A stretch of 64,000 nucleotides of DNA from Mugil cephalus (GCF_022458985.1 NC_061781.1:26321222-26385221), one strand, 5' to 3'; shown: positions 1 through 16,663, counted from the first letter of the stretch. Translations and numbers: made by a program. Notes: generated by a model not told the origin, from the letters alone.

Positions 1-1945
1 ATCCACGGCGCAAGAGGCAACGCTACTGCAGGTCCTTCATCCCAACGACACCCGTCTGAGGCAACAATGACACAAATAAATCAGCTTTTTTTGCACGTTT
101 TGTATCTTACACTGTAGAATGTTTTGCCTGCTTGTCCTGTCTGTGACTGGCCTTCCCACTTTTAAAACCCACCTTTTTACCGCAGCCTTTGGCTGAGTCG
201 CCTGTTTTGAGCTTTTATTTGTATTTAATTTACTGTTTTACTTTGGTTGTTATTTCATCTTGTTACACACTTTGGTTGGCCTTAGCCTTTTAAATGTGCT
301 TTATAAATAAAAGTGACAGTGATATATTCTTTTTTTGTATATTTTTTCAAATCCATTATTATTTTATATATATATATATATATATTCTTGTCCAATTCCA
401 CACTGCTGTGACAAGGACATTCCCTGTATGTGGGATAAATATGTTCTGTGTCTGCATGTGTTCTCCGATTGGCTGACATTGGGCTCCAGCCTCCCAACCA
501 CCCACCAGAGGACAAGAGGTCATAGAGGATGAGAATGAGACACCACTCATTTATCATTGCCATCATTGCATGGCATGTGCAGCTCCAGAGACCCCTCACC
601 CTTTAAAAGGAGGGTGGGTTATGATGGTTAAGCTCCATGTGCTCTGAAAGCTTTAGAATAAAAATGCTCCTGTCTCCAGTGTTTCAGAGTTAGTCCTCAT
701 AAAGAAGAAGTACAAGTGTGTCAAAAGTGAAATGGGGCAACTTTGACGTCTAGAGGGAAAAATATTTACGTGCTTGGTGCAACAGAGGATGTGAATAAAC
801 AGTGGGACGTGATGTTTGCAACACGCTGCTTCAAAAGAACACACTTCTTCTGAAAAGGAAGGAAGCTCAATAAAATATCACCACTTCCACTTGTGCTCCA
901 GTCATTTGACCACAGCTTGTTTTCTGTAGGAGATGAAGTGTGGCCGACACTAGATGGTGCAATAGAACAGAACCTAAAACGTCTGAATGAGAGCAGAACA
1001 TGTGGAACGGCTACTTCTTCTAATGTCCTGGTGTCGAGTTTTTAGCAGTTAAAGAAATAATCTTTGCACTGAAGGATCTAATGTGTTCACATTACAACAC
1101 AAAGTAGCTTAAGGGCAGTTTACCAAACATGACATACATTTTATTGACATTAATAGTAATGTAAGTTCCCGAACAGACCACAGAAATCAAGATGTGGCAG
1201 CAAAATTACTCTGGAGATTAATCAGTGAACCATTCGCGCCAGAATTTAAGCAGCGCCTCCTCGATAAACGGTAAAAAAAATAAAATAAATCAAATATCAG
1301 CCATTATCAAAAAGTCCAAACTAACACCTTCCTATTCACACTCTCACTTTTCACTTTTGGGTAGAGTCTGGTTAAGAGGGACGACCCTGACGAATTTCAC
1401 TTGGGCATCGAGTTCAACTTAAGGACACAAAAAAAAAAAAAAAGAAAAAGAAAAAGCAGAAACTGATTTATGATTTCAAAATGACAGCCATACCTCAACA
1501 TAAATTAAGAGAAGAAAGTGCATCAAGTGTTCAAGTAGGGTGTATAGTTTCATAGAACGGGAGAGGAGAAGGGGTCAGGTTGGTGTGTGAGGGAGGTAAC
1601 ACTGGCACAGAACAGGGAAGTTGCAAAAAAGATAGAGGACAAGGACTGAGGACGACCAAAGCTCAACCGCCAGATCTGATCTGTTCAAGAAGCCCTGATA
1701 ATAGTGCATCAAGTGGGAGATCATAATCACACTGTGCTGCTTACAGAGAGACCTACGCGCACTATGCATGACAAACAACACATTTAACCATGTTAGCCTG
1801 CAGATGCAGGTAGTCCCATATAATTCATGATTTTGGAAGCCAATGCAGGCTGTGATGAGGAGGGGGGGGGGCGGAGGTTAAGATGGGGCGGGGGGAACAG
1901 GGATGTCCATAGTCCACCCACATGATCGCCCCCCTAAGCCCGGTT

Positions 1946-6139
<4,194 letters not shown>

Positions 6140-7381
6140 TGTTTCAAGTCTCTTGTGGGGAAAATAAAATGATAATAAAACCCACTAACGTTACTGGTTC
6201 TCTTCCCGTCTATTAAACTCAGGGCTGCTACCGCGTTAGCTTCAACTCAGCTAACCGACTAGCCTGTTGCTAAGTGAACCTTACTTCACACACTTAAGTT
6301 ATTTTTTGTCTTGTAATCGTTTATAACCCAGTGTTTAAGGGCTCGGCTTCTTAATATAGTCGACCACGATGAAATTAACAACATAGACGTGTGTTTCAGT
6401 GGAGGCAAGAGTGGAAATGTAACTATACACTAGCCGTGTCTTAGCTACCTTCTTTTAGCTTCAAGGTACGAGTCTTTTGGCGTATTTCGTCATAATGGCA
6501 GCTGCATTCTTCACATAATATTAGTCAGAAGTTTGATATAGTGTAGGCTATGTATTGCAAACTGCATGGAGATAACCGTACAAGTATAAGGAACTGTTAG
6601 CTTTGTTAGCGCCAATGCTTTGTTATATATTTGTCTATATCTAGCTGTCTTGGACTCGTATAACGATGCAGTATTCCGGAAAACTTATATCAGATGCCCT
6701 GTATGTATCTCACCAAAGAACATCAAAGCCACAAAGCACTATTATTTAAAAAATAAAATAAAAAACTGTACAAACTGGTCACTACACGGCCTCTTTCAAC
6801 AATGCCCCCAAAACTACGTCAACGTGCACACACGCTACTGGTCTTGGCCGGTTCCATTACCCTTCAAAGGGAAGGGGTCCGAGTGTAAAAAAAATAAATA
6901 ATTAAAAATGTTGTGGGTATTATACGAGATACTTAGAATTATCATTGTTCTCAGTATATTGTAGCACCAAATGTACTGAGACAATTTGCCGCTTGTTTGC
7001 AGTTAAGGAAGAAAACGGATATTTATTTGGTTGTGGCGGTGATGGTTTGTACCAGTTTGATTCCCTTTACAAACAACGCGAGAATAGGGTGCACATGAGC
7101 CTTTAAAATAAACTGAATTTAGAGTCGTGATATTTTTTCTCACTAAAGTCGTACAGTTCATAGATTTAGTTATCTTTATGTTTTCTCTTCTATTATTTTC
7201 CATCTGTTTGCTTGTAGAAGTCATTGAAGTGGCTGGTACCAAACAAACATTTAAATGACTTGCAATCATCATTTATATGCTCTTGTGAAACACGGTCCAA
7301 TGTGTGTCGTGTATTTAAAGCTCATGTTTCATTCACAAACGGAGTGGATCTGAGTTTTTAGGTTAAAAAAAAATAAAAAAT

Positions 7382-7463
7382 CGTCACGAACAGGATTCGA
7401 ACCTGTGCGGGGAAACCCCATTGGATTTCGAGTCCAACGCCTTAACCTCTCGGCCACCGTGAC
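7382..7463 (-). tRNA. tRNA-Ser (anticodon CGA), 82 nt with a long variable arm
   Basis: The reverse complement reads GTCACGGTGGCCGAGAGGTTAAGGCGTTGGACTCGAAATCCAATGGGGTTTCCCCGCACAGGTTCGAATCCTGTTCGTGACG. It has a 7-bp acceptor stem (GTCACGG/TCGTGAC), a D-loop AGGTTAAGG, the anticodon loop CT-CGA-AA, an extended variable stem-loop (TGGGGTTTCCCCGCACAGG) and a T-loop GGTTCGAATCC. This is a canonical eukaryotic type-II tRNA-Ser. Confidence 0.9.
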
Positions 7464-8904
7464 TATACTCAAAAATGCCCAATTAGGAGCTTATGTAGGC
7501 ATTTGATGTACAGTGAGTCACTGCAGACAGTCGTAGAATAAGGAGTACGTCCGGACTTTCCTCATCTTAAAAGCCACATGCTCTTAGAGGTTTGTGTGTC
7601 TCTGCTTTTCCCTTCCTGCAACAGATCATTCAGGTGAGATACAACATGTTTCTCTGCTATTCTACAGTCAGTGCATCAAGTTAAATTACATCTTTTCATT
7701 TTCCCCACCAACCAGCAGTTTTCTCATTTTCACCCTTTAACCCCCTGAGATCCCGTGTCCTCATATGGGCACGTTAAGCTTTAGGTTTGTGGCAGCTTCT
7801 TATTCTGCTTCATTTACACTTTTGTCCTCATAACTATTTACCAGTTGGTGTAAAAAAAACATGATAGCGGTCAGTTCAGTGGATTCATTCTGCAGCCGAT
7901 CACGTAACAAAAGAGCAAAAATGTACAAAACCTCATCAAATCTTAAAGTCGTAAGTTATTAACTTTTCTAGTTTAAAATGACATGCAAACATGACAAATT
8001 CTATCAACAGTAACAGCCACAACTTCGCTAATTAGCAAATACTCGTTTGAGGACATTGGGATTTCATTATTCTATCTTTTCACAGCCATGCTCAGGTTTA
8101 TATTTTGTTGCATACTGATCCCAAATACCTTGGAGAAATTAAAAATGCTTACCAAAGTAAAGCTCAGGTCTCAGGAGGATAAACAGGAGGCCCATAATGA
8201 TGAGCACTGTTTGCAGGGCCGCTCCACCTAATTCAGTAGAGAGTTAGCACAGAGTAAACGTATTAAATTACAACCAAAAACAAGTAATAAGAATAAAAAT
8301 AAAAATAAATAACCTGCTGCAGCTTGCATTTTCATCACTTGGCTACTGAATTTCAGCACAGTTTCAAACCTGATAAGACAGCAGGACTAAGCACCAGCAG
8401 CAGCAACTGCGTCAGTGGTCGCACAGTTGTTAATACTAGTTTGGACTATGGTAAAAATACATTTTCAACTCGACCAAACATAATAATGACGTGATGAAAC
8501 TGAAATAAAACACCAAATCAGACCGGACATGCAGGCAGAGATGATAACTGTGCAGAAAACTAATGAAAACTCATGACAAACATAAACAGCGCAGATGCAG
8601 TGCGCATTAAACACGGTGAAGCAGAAAAATGTGCTAGCGAGCTAGCGCAAATAAAACGTCTTCACACAAAACGGCGTAATGAAAAAAATGGCACAACCTA
8701 ATGTTACCTTTATATTGCAACTTCCTCTTTTCCTCCTCGTTTCTTCTCTTTCGGGCTCGCACGGCCTTTACATCTCGTAAATAAGAAAAACCTCACCTGC
8801 CTGTGACCTGAGCTCTGCTCCGTCTGACCCCGAGGTCTCACCCGTCATGTGACTCAGCAGCGCCACATTTTAGGGACAATCATTGATTATTTATTTGTTA
8901 ACAT

Positions 8905-9600
8905 TTGTCATTTTCAAGAGAGAACACGCAAAGGAGGGCGACTGGGCACAGAAAAACATTTTTATTTTTTATTTTTATGGTTTTCAATTATAGTTTTTTC
9001 CTCGAGGCCAAGGGTGTCTGGCGGCGCCCCTCCAGCAGGTGGCGCTCTAGGCGACCGCCTATATCGCCTATGCCAAGAGTCGGCCCTGACTGTGGGATAA
9101 TGTGCAAGGTCAGACAACAGCATAGTGAAGGAAGCAAACAATTTTGCAAGAACCACACCATCCATGCTGCATCTCAGCAAGCTGCCGTCACCTGGCTCGT
9201 CATAAATAAAGGTTCAAGAACCTGTGAAAACTTTTACAACTGTCTCCGTGCAACAGTGGGTGGGAGGCTTCTCCCACTACGCTGGAGGACTGAGAGGTTC
9301 AGGAGGTCCTTTGCCCCCACAGCCATCACACTGTACAAGGCCACTGTTTAAATGCTTTAAGTCTAATTTGTAAATTGTTCAACTGTACATAGTTTTCACA
9401 CAGTAATTCATATTAACATGCTGGTACAGCCCATACATATATATACTCCCACATATATCTACATATTTCTCTTGCACTGTAGATTGTGGTGATTTTGTTG
9501 GTGTGTTATGTTGATGCCTGTGTATGTTTGTGGACAAGCTACTGGACACTTGAATTTCCCAGGGGATGAATAAAGTATTTTATAAAGTATTCTATTCTAT
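8905..9600 (+). mobile_element. Transposon-derived ORF remnant plus repeat tail. It is a common teleost interspersed repeat.
   Basis: The ORF ends ...LPLRWRTERFRRSFAPTAITLYKATV. It is followed by the widespread fish repeat tail ..cttgaatttcccaggggatgaataaagtattttataaagtattctattctat. I recognise the motif FRRSFxPxAIxLY as recurring in fish repeat-encoded ORFs, but I cannot assign a family. Confidence 0.35.
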
Positions 9601-9720
9601 AGTCAGCAGATTGGATTTTGGAATTTTTAAATTAACAGATGGCTGGCGATGTGAAAGCAAGCAATGTAGGATTGAGTCAGTTTCAGTTTAGCCCTACAGT
9701 TGCCATCTGTGCATGTGAAG

Positions 9721-9732
9721 AAGAAGAAGCAG

Positions 9733-9762
<30 letters not shown>
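9721..9762. repeat. (GAA)n microsatellite
   Basis: gaagaagaagcagaagaagaag... is read directly from the sequence. Confidence 0.9.
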
Positions 9763-9763
<1 letters not shown>

Positions 9764-11693
9764 CCCTAACTGACACGATTGACTGTATATGAGTGACACT
9801 AGTGACACCTACTGAACATCCTAGTGCAGACGTGTCACCAATCAAACTTAATTAGACTTAGACTTAATGATATGTCCATTACTTTGCCTTTAAATTTGTT
9901 ATTAAGGGAAACTGCCTTGAAGAAGTATATAAATGTTAATATTAAATCTTACCTGTAGAGCGGATTCAGAGATGTTTTCAGGTTTGTGGTCATTAATGTG
10001 TCTTTAGAGAACCACTGATCAGAAAAAGAAGGTTCATCTGAACTACATCAACTATCTGGCTGTTAACAGACACTAGTTAAAGTCTAAGGTGAGAAAACTC
10101 AATTATCTTTGTTTTATCTTTATCACCATAATTAGACCAATAATATATAATTGTACAAGAACAAACACATAAAAACTAACAGCCGTCACTTTTTAAAACA
10201 GGATGTGATCCAGAGTTTTCTGAAATGTTCTCATGGTTCTATTCCAGCATCCAGCACATACACATCCACTCCTGGTGTCATTGCCCTCATTAGTTTCACC
10301 TGTGTCTTGTCATTGTTGTGTATTGATGTGCTGAAGAAAAGAAGAGATCACAGCTGACAAGTCCCCTCTTGCATTTAAAAAGGCTTTATTACAAGAAAGA
10401 AGACCGTCAAAAACTCTTGTCGAATCTGAGAGAGCTTCTGGTCCCATTTGCCGAATCCTCTCTCTTGTTCAGCTCCAACAGTCTCTTACATATATATATA
10501 TATATTCTCATCCCCAAGAACCCCACATTTATCAACAAAGGAAACTTGTCTTCTCACGTCTGGTAATTTTATGAGCCAACTATAAAAAGTAACTTAAAGA
10601 TAAACTGGTTAATCTTTACACCACGTACACACTTCACAAACCCCAAAGCAGGAAGAGGGATAGGATCATATACTACATCGTCCCTCAGTCCTTATGTGTG
10701 TATATATAGTCCTGCCTTTCCCTTTGTTCTCTGTTGCGTCATTTTTGTCCCCATCATCCTGTCTCTATGTCCTTTTGTTTTGTAATCCTGTCCCTCACCT
10801 TCACCATTCCTGACAGAAATATCAGATAAACATCCAAAAGGTTTTAGATTCCAATGTTGACTCAGTGGAGTCTATAAACAGAAACACATCTATATGCTGA
10901 GTGAGTGAAACTGAACACTGGCTGCATCACTGTGAGTAGAATGTGTTTTAGTTCATGTTTCGGTTGAACATGTGGTTTATTCTGCAGCATTTATCTGAGT
11001 CAGAGTCTCTCTACACACAAGCTGCTGCTGCTTCAACCTCTGGATCATCAGGACACAGCTCATCCTCTCTCAGCTCACATACCGTCCTCTTCACAAACAT
11101 CATCACCTCCATCTGTAGAGAAGAAAGAAGAGAGGAGATAAATGAGCTGTCATTCATCAGCTGTCAGTCAGTGATGCAGCTCATCCAGTATAAAGAGCAG
11201 CAGGGACTTCTGTCCTGTTCAGAGCAGCACTGGAGCAAATATATACAAATGTGATGAGTGGACCTCTGTAGAAAGAGCACATGGTTACTAAATGTAATGC
11301 TGCTTCTGTGATGTGCAGGCTTCAGTCAGACTGATCTCAGAGCTGTGATCAGTTGTTGATCAGATGTGATGAATGACCACCACTGTCTCTATACATCTTG
11401 GAAGGCTGTCAGCTGGAATCCAGCTTTATTTCCTGGACACATCAACACAACAACAGCAGTCGTCTTCACATCAACTCAAACACATGATCACAACAAGCAT
11501 CTGGCTCATCTGATTGGCTGACTGTTGTCTCTCTCTCTGTCTTTCTGTCCAATCCTGAAGCCTGTCTCCATTCTCCTCTCACAGCTTCACTGAGAAGCTG
11601 CAGGTTTACAGGAAACACTGGATCTTTGATACTAACTGTGTTTAGGAAGATACTGATGAAAGCAGCATGGACTGACTGGAACCGTCTACTCAC

Positions 11694-11867
11694 CCCAGAG
11701 TCTCCAGTTTATAGTCTGGACTCTCCACAAGATCAAGAAGCTGCTTCACTCCTGAATCCTTCAGGTTGTTGAATGTCAGGTCCAGATGTTTCAGATGGGA
11801 GGGGTTGGACTTCAGAGCTGAGACCAGAGAATCACAGCTGATCTCTGACAAACTGCATCTCCTCAAT
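11694..11867 (-). other. NLR leucine-rich-repeat exon, 174 bp, a tandem duplicate of the exon at 12386..12559
   Basis: It encodes [58 protein letters not shown]. The flanking intron sequence (aataaagaataaaagatgtagattaaa) is shared with the upstream unit. Confidence 0.7.
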
Positions 11868-12385
11868 CTGAATAAAGAATAAAAGATGTAGATTAAATCA
11901 TGAATAATTATGTCAGATGAGTTATAATCAGTGAGTCTTTCTCTAAAATGAGCAGACTGACTTTCTCCATTTGTTAATAAAGAGTACCATGACATGGCAT
12001 GTTTTTTGCGGTTCATTTATGAGTTTTTGAGTTGTCTCCAATATAATAGGATCAGAACCATGAAAAACTGTTTCTTGACTTGGGGGATGATCTATATTTT
12101 GGAACAAAGGCTCCTACATGTGCAAACTGAATTGCCCTATTTGGGATAGATAAAGTTGTTTGATTGATTGACATGTTACGTTCTTCATTATTTATTGGTC
12201 TCTACATTGTGTGCATTTTTAAATGACAGAATCACAAACGTCCTTCTCATATTCAATAATGTCATGAAGTTCACACAGTGTTTGTTGACCAGAAGTGCAG
12301 CTAACGGCATTGCACAGTTAGATGTTTGTCTTCAGTTGGTGATTAAACATATCAGATCTACAACAGTAACAGACAGTGAACTGAC

Positions 12386-12559
12386 CCCAGAGTCTCCAGT
12401 CTACAGTCTGGACTCTCCAGAAAACCACACAGCTGCTTCACTCCTGAATCCTTCAGGTTGTTGTAACTCAGGTCCAGATGTTTCAGATGGGAGGGGTTGG
12501 ACTTCAGAGCTGGTCCCAGAGAATCACAGCTGATCTCTGACAAACTGCAGTCAATCAAC
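12386..12559 (-). other. NLR leucine-rich-repeat exon, 174 bp
   Basis: It encodes [57 protein letters not shown], with a ttcag acceptor and a gtcag donor. Confidence 0.7.
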
Positions 12560-13626
12560 CTGAATAAAGAATAAAAGATGTAGATTAAACCTCCTCAGAC
12601 ATGTTTGACTAACTTTGTCCTTGTGATATTGTGGATCTCCATCACGTCTTCTACAGACATCATCACTTACTGACTAAACCCAGTAACATGTAACACCAGT
12701 TGTAGCATCCCTTCACTGCTTCTCTGTGTATTTTAGAACAGATGTTAAAGTTTCAATGATGACTTTCAGTCTGGTGTGATGTGGCTTGTCTCTGTAGCAG
12801 CCATGTCCTCTGACCACAACATGCACACAGCTCCTCCATTATCAGTCTCTGTTACTAATTCCTGGGTGGAGGCTAAAAACCAGAGGAGACTGAGCCTTTG
12901 TGGTCAGAGACCATTGACTCTGGAAATGAGCTCAACCTTTTGTCTGCAGTCATTCCAACAGAGTCCTGTCTCTTCTCCAGCTTCTGTTTGAAATCCTCCC
13001 ACTGAGCCTGAATCCTGCTTTGTTGGGATGTTTGGGCCTGTGTTAGGCTGCTGTTTAGGACTCTGCTTTAACACACACCTCACCACAGCAGCTGTGTGGC
13101 TTGTCTCTGTAGCAGCCATGTCAGCTTCTGATCCATCAACATCATCACAGCTCCTAACTTCACCTTCATCCAGTTTTCCATTCATGTCTTTCTCTTCTTT
13201 CTCTGACCTGTCTCTCTCTCAGACTCTCTGCTGCCTGTTTTTATCTGCTATCATCAGATCTTCATCAGCCTCATTCACATCCTCACACACTCTACAGCCT
13301 CATCAGTCCTGACTTCATCTTCACTGACTGATGGAGCACAACATGAACCTGTGGAGGCTCACATTATCTCCCTGTCATAACTCCACTTCTGTCACCTTTA
13401 AATTAACCCTGCTCAAGTCTTTCACTTCTATTTGAAGCCACAAGGAAAAACTATTGTTCAGACATTTGGAAAAACACAACATTTGAGAAAAAGAAGAAAC
13501 TTCCTTCAGATTTGTGCTCATGGAAATATTGAACATTTATCAATGAAAGAACATTTGACACATCAGTCAATGATTTAAATTAAATAAATAAAGAAAACCT
13601 CCAACAGCTCCAGTCAGTGAACTGAC

Positions 13627-13800
13627 CTCAGAGTCTCCAGTCTACACTTTGGACTCTCCAGTCCACCAGGTAGATGCTCCATTAATAAATCCTCCAGGTT
13701 ATTATTACTCAGGTCCAGCTCTGTCAGATAGGAAGGGTTGGACTTCAGAGCTGAGGCCACAACTTCACAGAGAGTTGCTGAGACGCCATGTCCAGATAAT
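13627..13800 (-). other. NLR leucine-rich-repeat exon, 174 bp
   Basis: It encodes ..[57 protein letters not shown], with a cacag acceptor and a gtcagt donor. Confidence 0.7.
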
Positions 13801-14869
13801 CTGTGATTAGAAAACATATAAAATCTGTTGTAAAATCAGATCATTAACATTGTAGATCCAGACTGAATGAGTATCAAACAGAGTGAGGTGATCATTTGAT
13901 GAACATCTGTGGTTCAGCTCATCTCATCTCACTGTGTTTGACATGACACAATGACTCTCTTCAGTCTCTTTCACAGCTGCAGACTTTTGATGAGAACCTC
14001 TGTTCTGGTTTCATCTTGTAGATGAAGGAGGTAAATAGAGTTACATTTAGGCTTCATACTCTCCACAGTCTGTCAGTGTGATTTGATCCACACAGTCAGA
14101 AGGAAGACGTCTGGTTGATGAAAACATTTCTTCAGTTTGACTCCAGAACATTTAGAATGAGTTGAACTCAGTGAACAGTTCCAGTTGGAGAGATGATCTC
14201 TCTTTGCTACCTGCTACTGTCAGCTACGACTGTTCACGTCCATACGCAGGAAAAATCTGATGATGCTGCCAAACTCTGCAGAAATTAAACTAAACACTTG
14301 ACAAGAAGGAATTCACCTTTTACACAAACACAGTGCGTTAACTGAACCAGGGATATCTGACTGATGCGTTTGTTTTTGGGTGATGAGCTTACAGCCTGAA
14401 GGGATCTAAAAGAAAATGTAGACAGAATACAAACAGAACTAAAACGGTTCATCCTTCACAGCATGTCATGTATAAAACAACTTGGAAAAATAAGGTAAAA
14501 ATATACCTCTAATAAAATGACACTTGTTATGTGAGTGCGGTTATTTTGTTACATGTAGATCTGGTTTTCAACCACTAAACTCACCAAAACAAACACAAAA
14601 AAATACAATTGTGTGTGTCTCAAAAACGTCCAGCACCTCCTCCCTCATTAGTTTTATTAGTGTTTCATGAGGATTTCATCACACAAAGAAATGGTTAAAA
14701 ACAATATAGAATCTAAGATTTATTGTGTAATAGATAATAAGAAACATCAAAACCAACTAAAAGAGGTAACACCAAGAATAATGACACTAATGTAATCCTG
14801 TGTAAATCTGAATAACTAAACTACTAATCTCCACTGATTGATTCTGTTAATGATTACATCAGGACTCAC

Positions 14870-16663
14870 CGAAACTTTCTGCAGTTCCTCACAGCTGGAA
14901 TCAGTCTCCGTCGTCCCTCATTTGATGTGTTGTACTGATCCAGGTCCAACTCATCCAGAACCTCCTCTGACATCTGCAGCATGTAGGCCAGAGCTGAGCA
15001 GTGGATCTCAGAGAGTTTCTTCTCTGATCTTTTCTCTGACTTCAGGAATTCTTGGATCTCCTGATGAACTGAGAGGTCGTTCATCTCCATCAGACAGTGG
15101 AAGATGTTGATGCTTCTGTCTGGACAGATTTCCTCAGCATTCATCTCCTTCAGGTTCTTGATGGTTCTCTGGATGATTTCTGGACTGTTCTCTGTCTGAC
15201 CCAGCAGACCTCCTAAGAGTCTGTGGTTGGACTCCAGAGAGAGGCCATGAAGGAAACGAACAAACAGGTCCAGGTGACCATTTTTACTCTCCAAGGATTT
15301 AATCATGACTCTGTTCAGAAACTCATCCAGAGACTTAGCAGCGACCTGGTGGTCTTTCCCCAGAAAGTCCTTCAGCACCTCTGTCTTCTTGTTGGTGTAA
15401 CAGTGGAACATGTAGACTGCAGCCAGAAACTCCTGAACGCTCAGATGAACAAAGCAGTAGACTGATTTCTGGAAGATCACACTCTCTCTTTTGAAGGTCT
15501 CTGTACAAACTCCTGAGTTCACTGAGGCCTCTGTCACATCCAGACCACAGCGCTCCAGGTCTTCTTGGTAGAACATGATGTTTCCTTCCTCCAGATGTTC
15601 AAACGCCAGCCTCCCCAGCTTCAGAAGAACTTCCCTGTCAGCCTCCATCAGCTCCTGTGGACTCGTCTCATGTCCCTCATGGTACTTGTTCTTCTTCCCC
15701 CTTGTCTGAACCATCACAAAGTGTGAGTACATGTCAGTCAGGGTCTTGGGCAGCTCTCCTCTCTGCTCTGTAGTCAACATGTGCTCCAGAACTGTAGCAG
15801 TGATCCAGCAGAAGACTGGGACTCACACAGGATGTGGAGGCTCCTGGAGGTCTTGATGTGGGAGATGATTCTGCTGGACAGCTCTTCATCACTGAACCTC
15901 CTCCTGAAGTACTCCTCCTTCTGGGCGTCAGTGAAGCCTCGTACTTCTGTTACCCTGTCAACACATGTAGGAGGGATCTGATTGGCTGCTGCAGGTCTGG
16001 AAGTGATCCAGACCAGAGCCGAGGGAAGCAGGTTCCCCGTTGATGAGGTTTGTCAGCAGCACATTGACTGATGCCTTCTGTGTGACATCAGACACAACCT
16101 CACTGTTGTTGAAGTCCATGAAAGTCTGCTTTCATCCAGGCCGTCAAAGATGAACAAAAGTTTCCAGACAGCCAGCTGCTCTGCTGTGACCTTCTGTAAT
16201 GTTGGATGGAAAACATGGAGCAGCCTGAGAAGACTGTACTGCTCATCTTTGATCAAGTTCAGTTCCCTGAACGAAAGCACAATCACCACACTGACATCTT
16301 GGTTTTCCAAACCCTCTGCCCAGTCCAGAGTGAACTTCTGCACTGAGAAGGTTTTTCCAACACCAGCGACGCCGTAGGTCAGAACCAGTCTGATGTGTCT
16401 CTGTTGGTCAGGTAAGGCTTTAAAGATGTCGTGGCACCTGATTGGAGTGTCATGGAGAGCCTTCATCTTGGAAGTTTTCTCAAGCTGTTTCACCTCATGT
16501 TGGGTATTAACCTCTTCACTCTGTCCCTCTGTGATGTAGAGCTCAGTGAAGATCCTGTTGAGGAGGGTTCCTCTTCCTCTTACATCAGTTCCTTCAGTCA
16601 CACGTTCACATCTCCTCCTCAGACTGATCTTATGTTCATCTAAAACCTCCTGGAGACCAACAT
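14870..16663 (-). pseudogene. FISNA-NACHT exon of the NLRC3-like gene, disrupted by at least 3 single-base frameshifts between about 15790 and 16110
   Basis: Two long minus-strand ORFs, 16053..16682 (Walker A) and 14866..15780 (NACHT C-terminus/helical domain), lie in different frames, and the 270 nt between them has stops in both. Following the conserved NLR sequence through the gap (..[26 protein letters not shown].. / ..[68 protein letters not shown].. / ..[19 protein letters not shown]..) requires -1, +1 and -1 shifts. In functional fish NLRs this region is a single ~1.8 kb exon. Confidence 0.7.

Larger units (their letters stand above)
11690..12600 (-). repeat. Tandem duplication of the LRR-exon plus intron unit of the NLR gene
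   Basis: Two consecutive ~670-bp units share the exon, the donor region and downstream intron sequence (..ctgaataaagaataaaagatgtagattaaa..). A third, more diverged unit lies at ~13600-13850. Confidence 0.7.

Noticed and set aside
8905-9351. A 148-aa ORF that could be taken for a host gene
   Set aside because: Its C-terminal motif (..RTERFRRSFAPTAITLYKA) and the characteristic repeat tail that follows match a family of teleost interspersed repeats, so it is treated as TE-derived.
10955-11254. A plus-strand 99-aa Ser-rich ORF (…AAAASTSGSSGHSSSSLSSH…)
   Set aside because: It is a low-complexity ORF antisense to the candidate NLR terminal exon. It has no splice context or domain.
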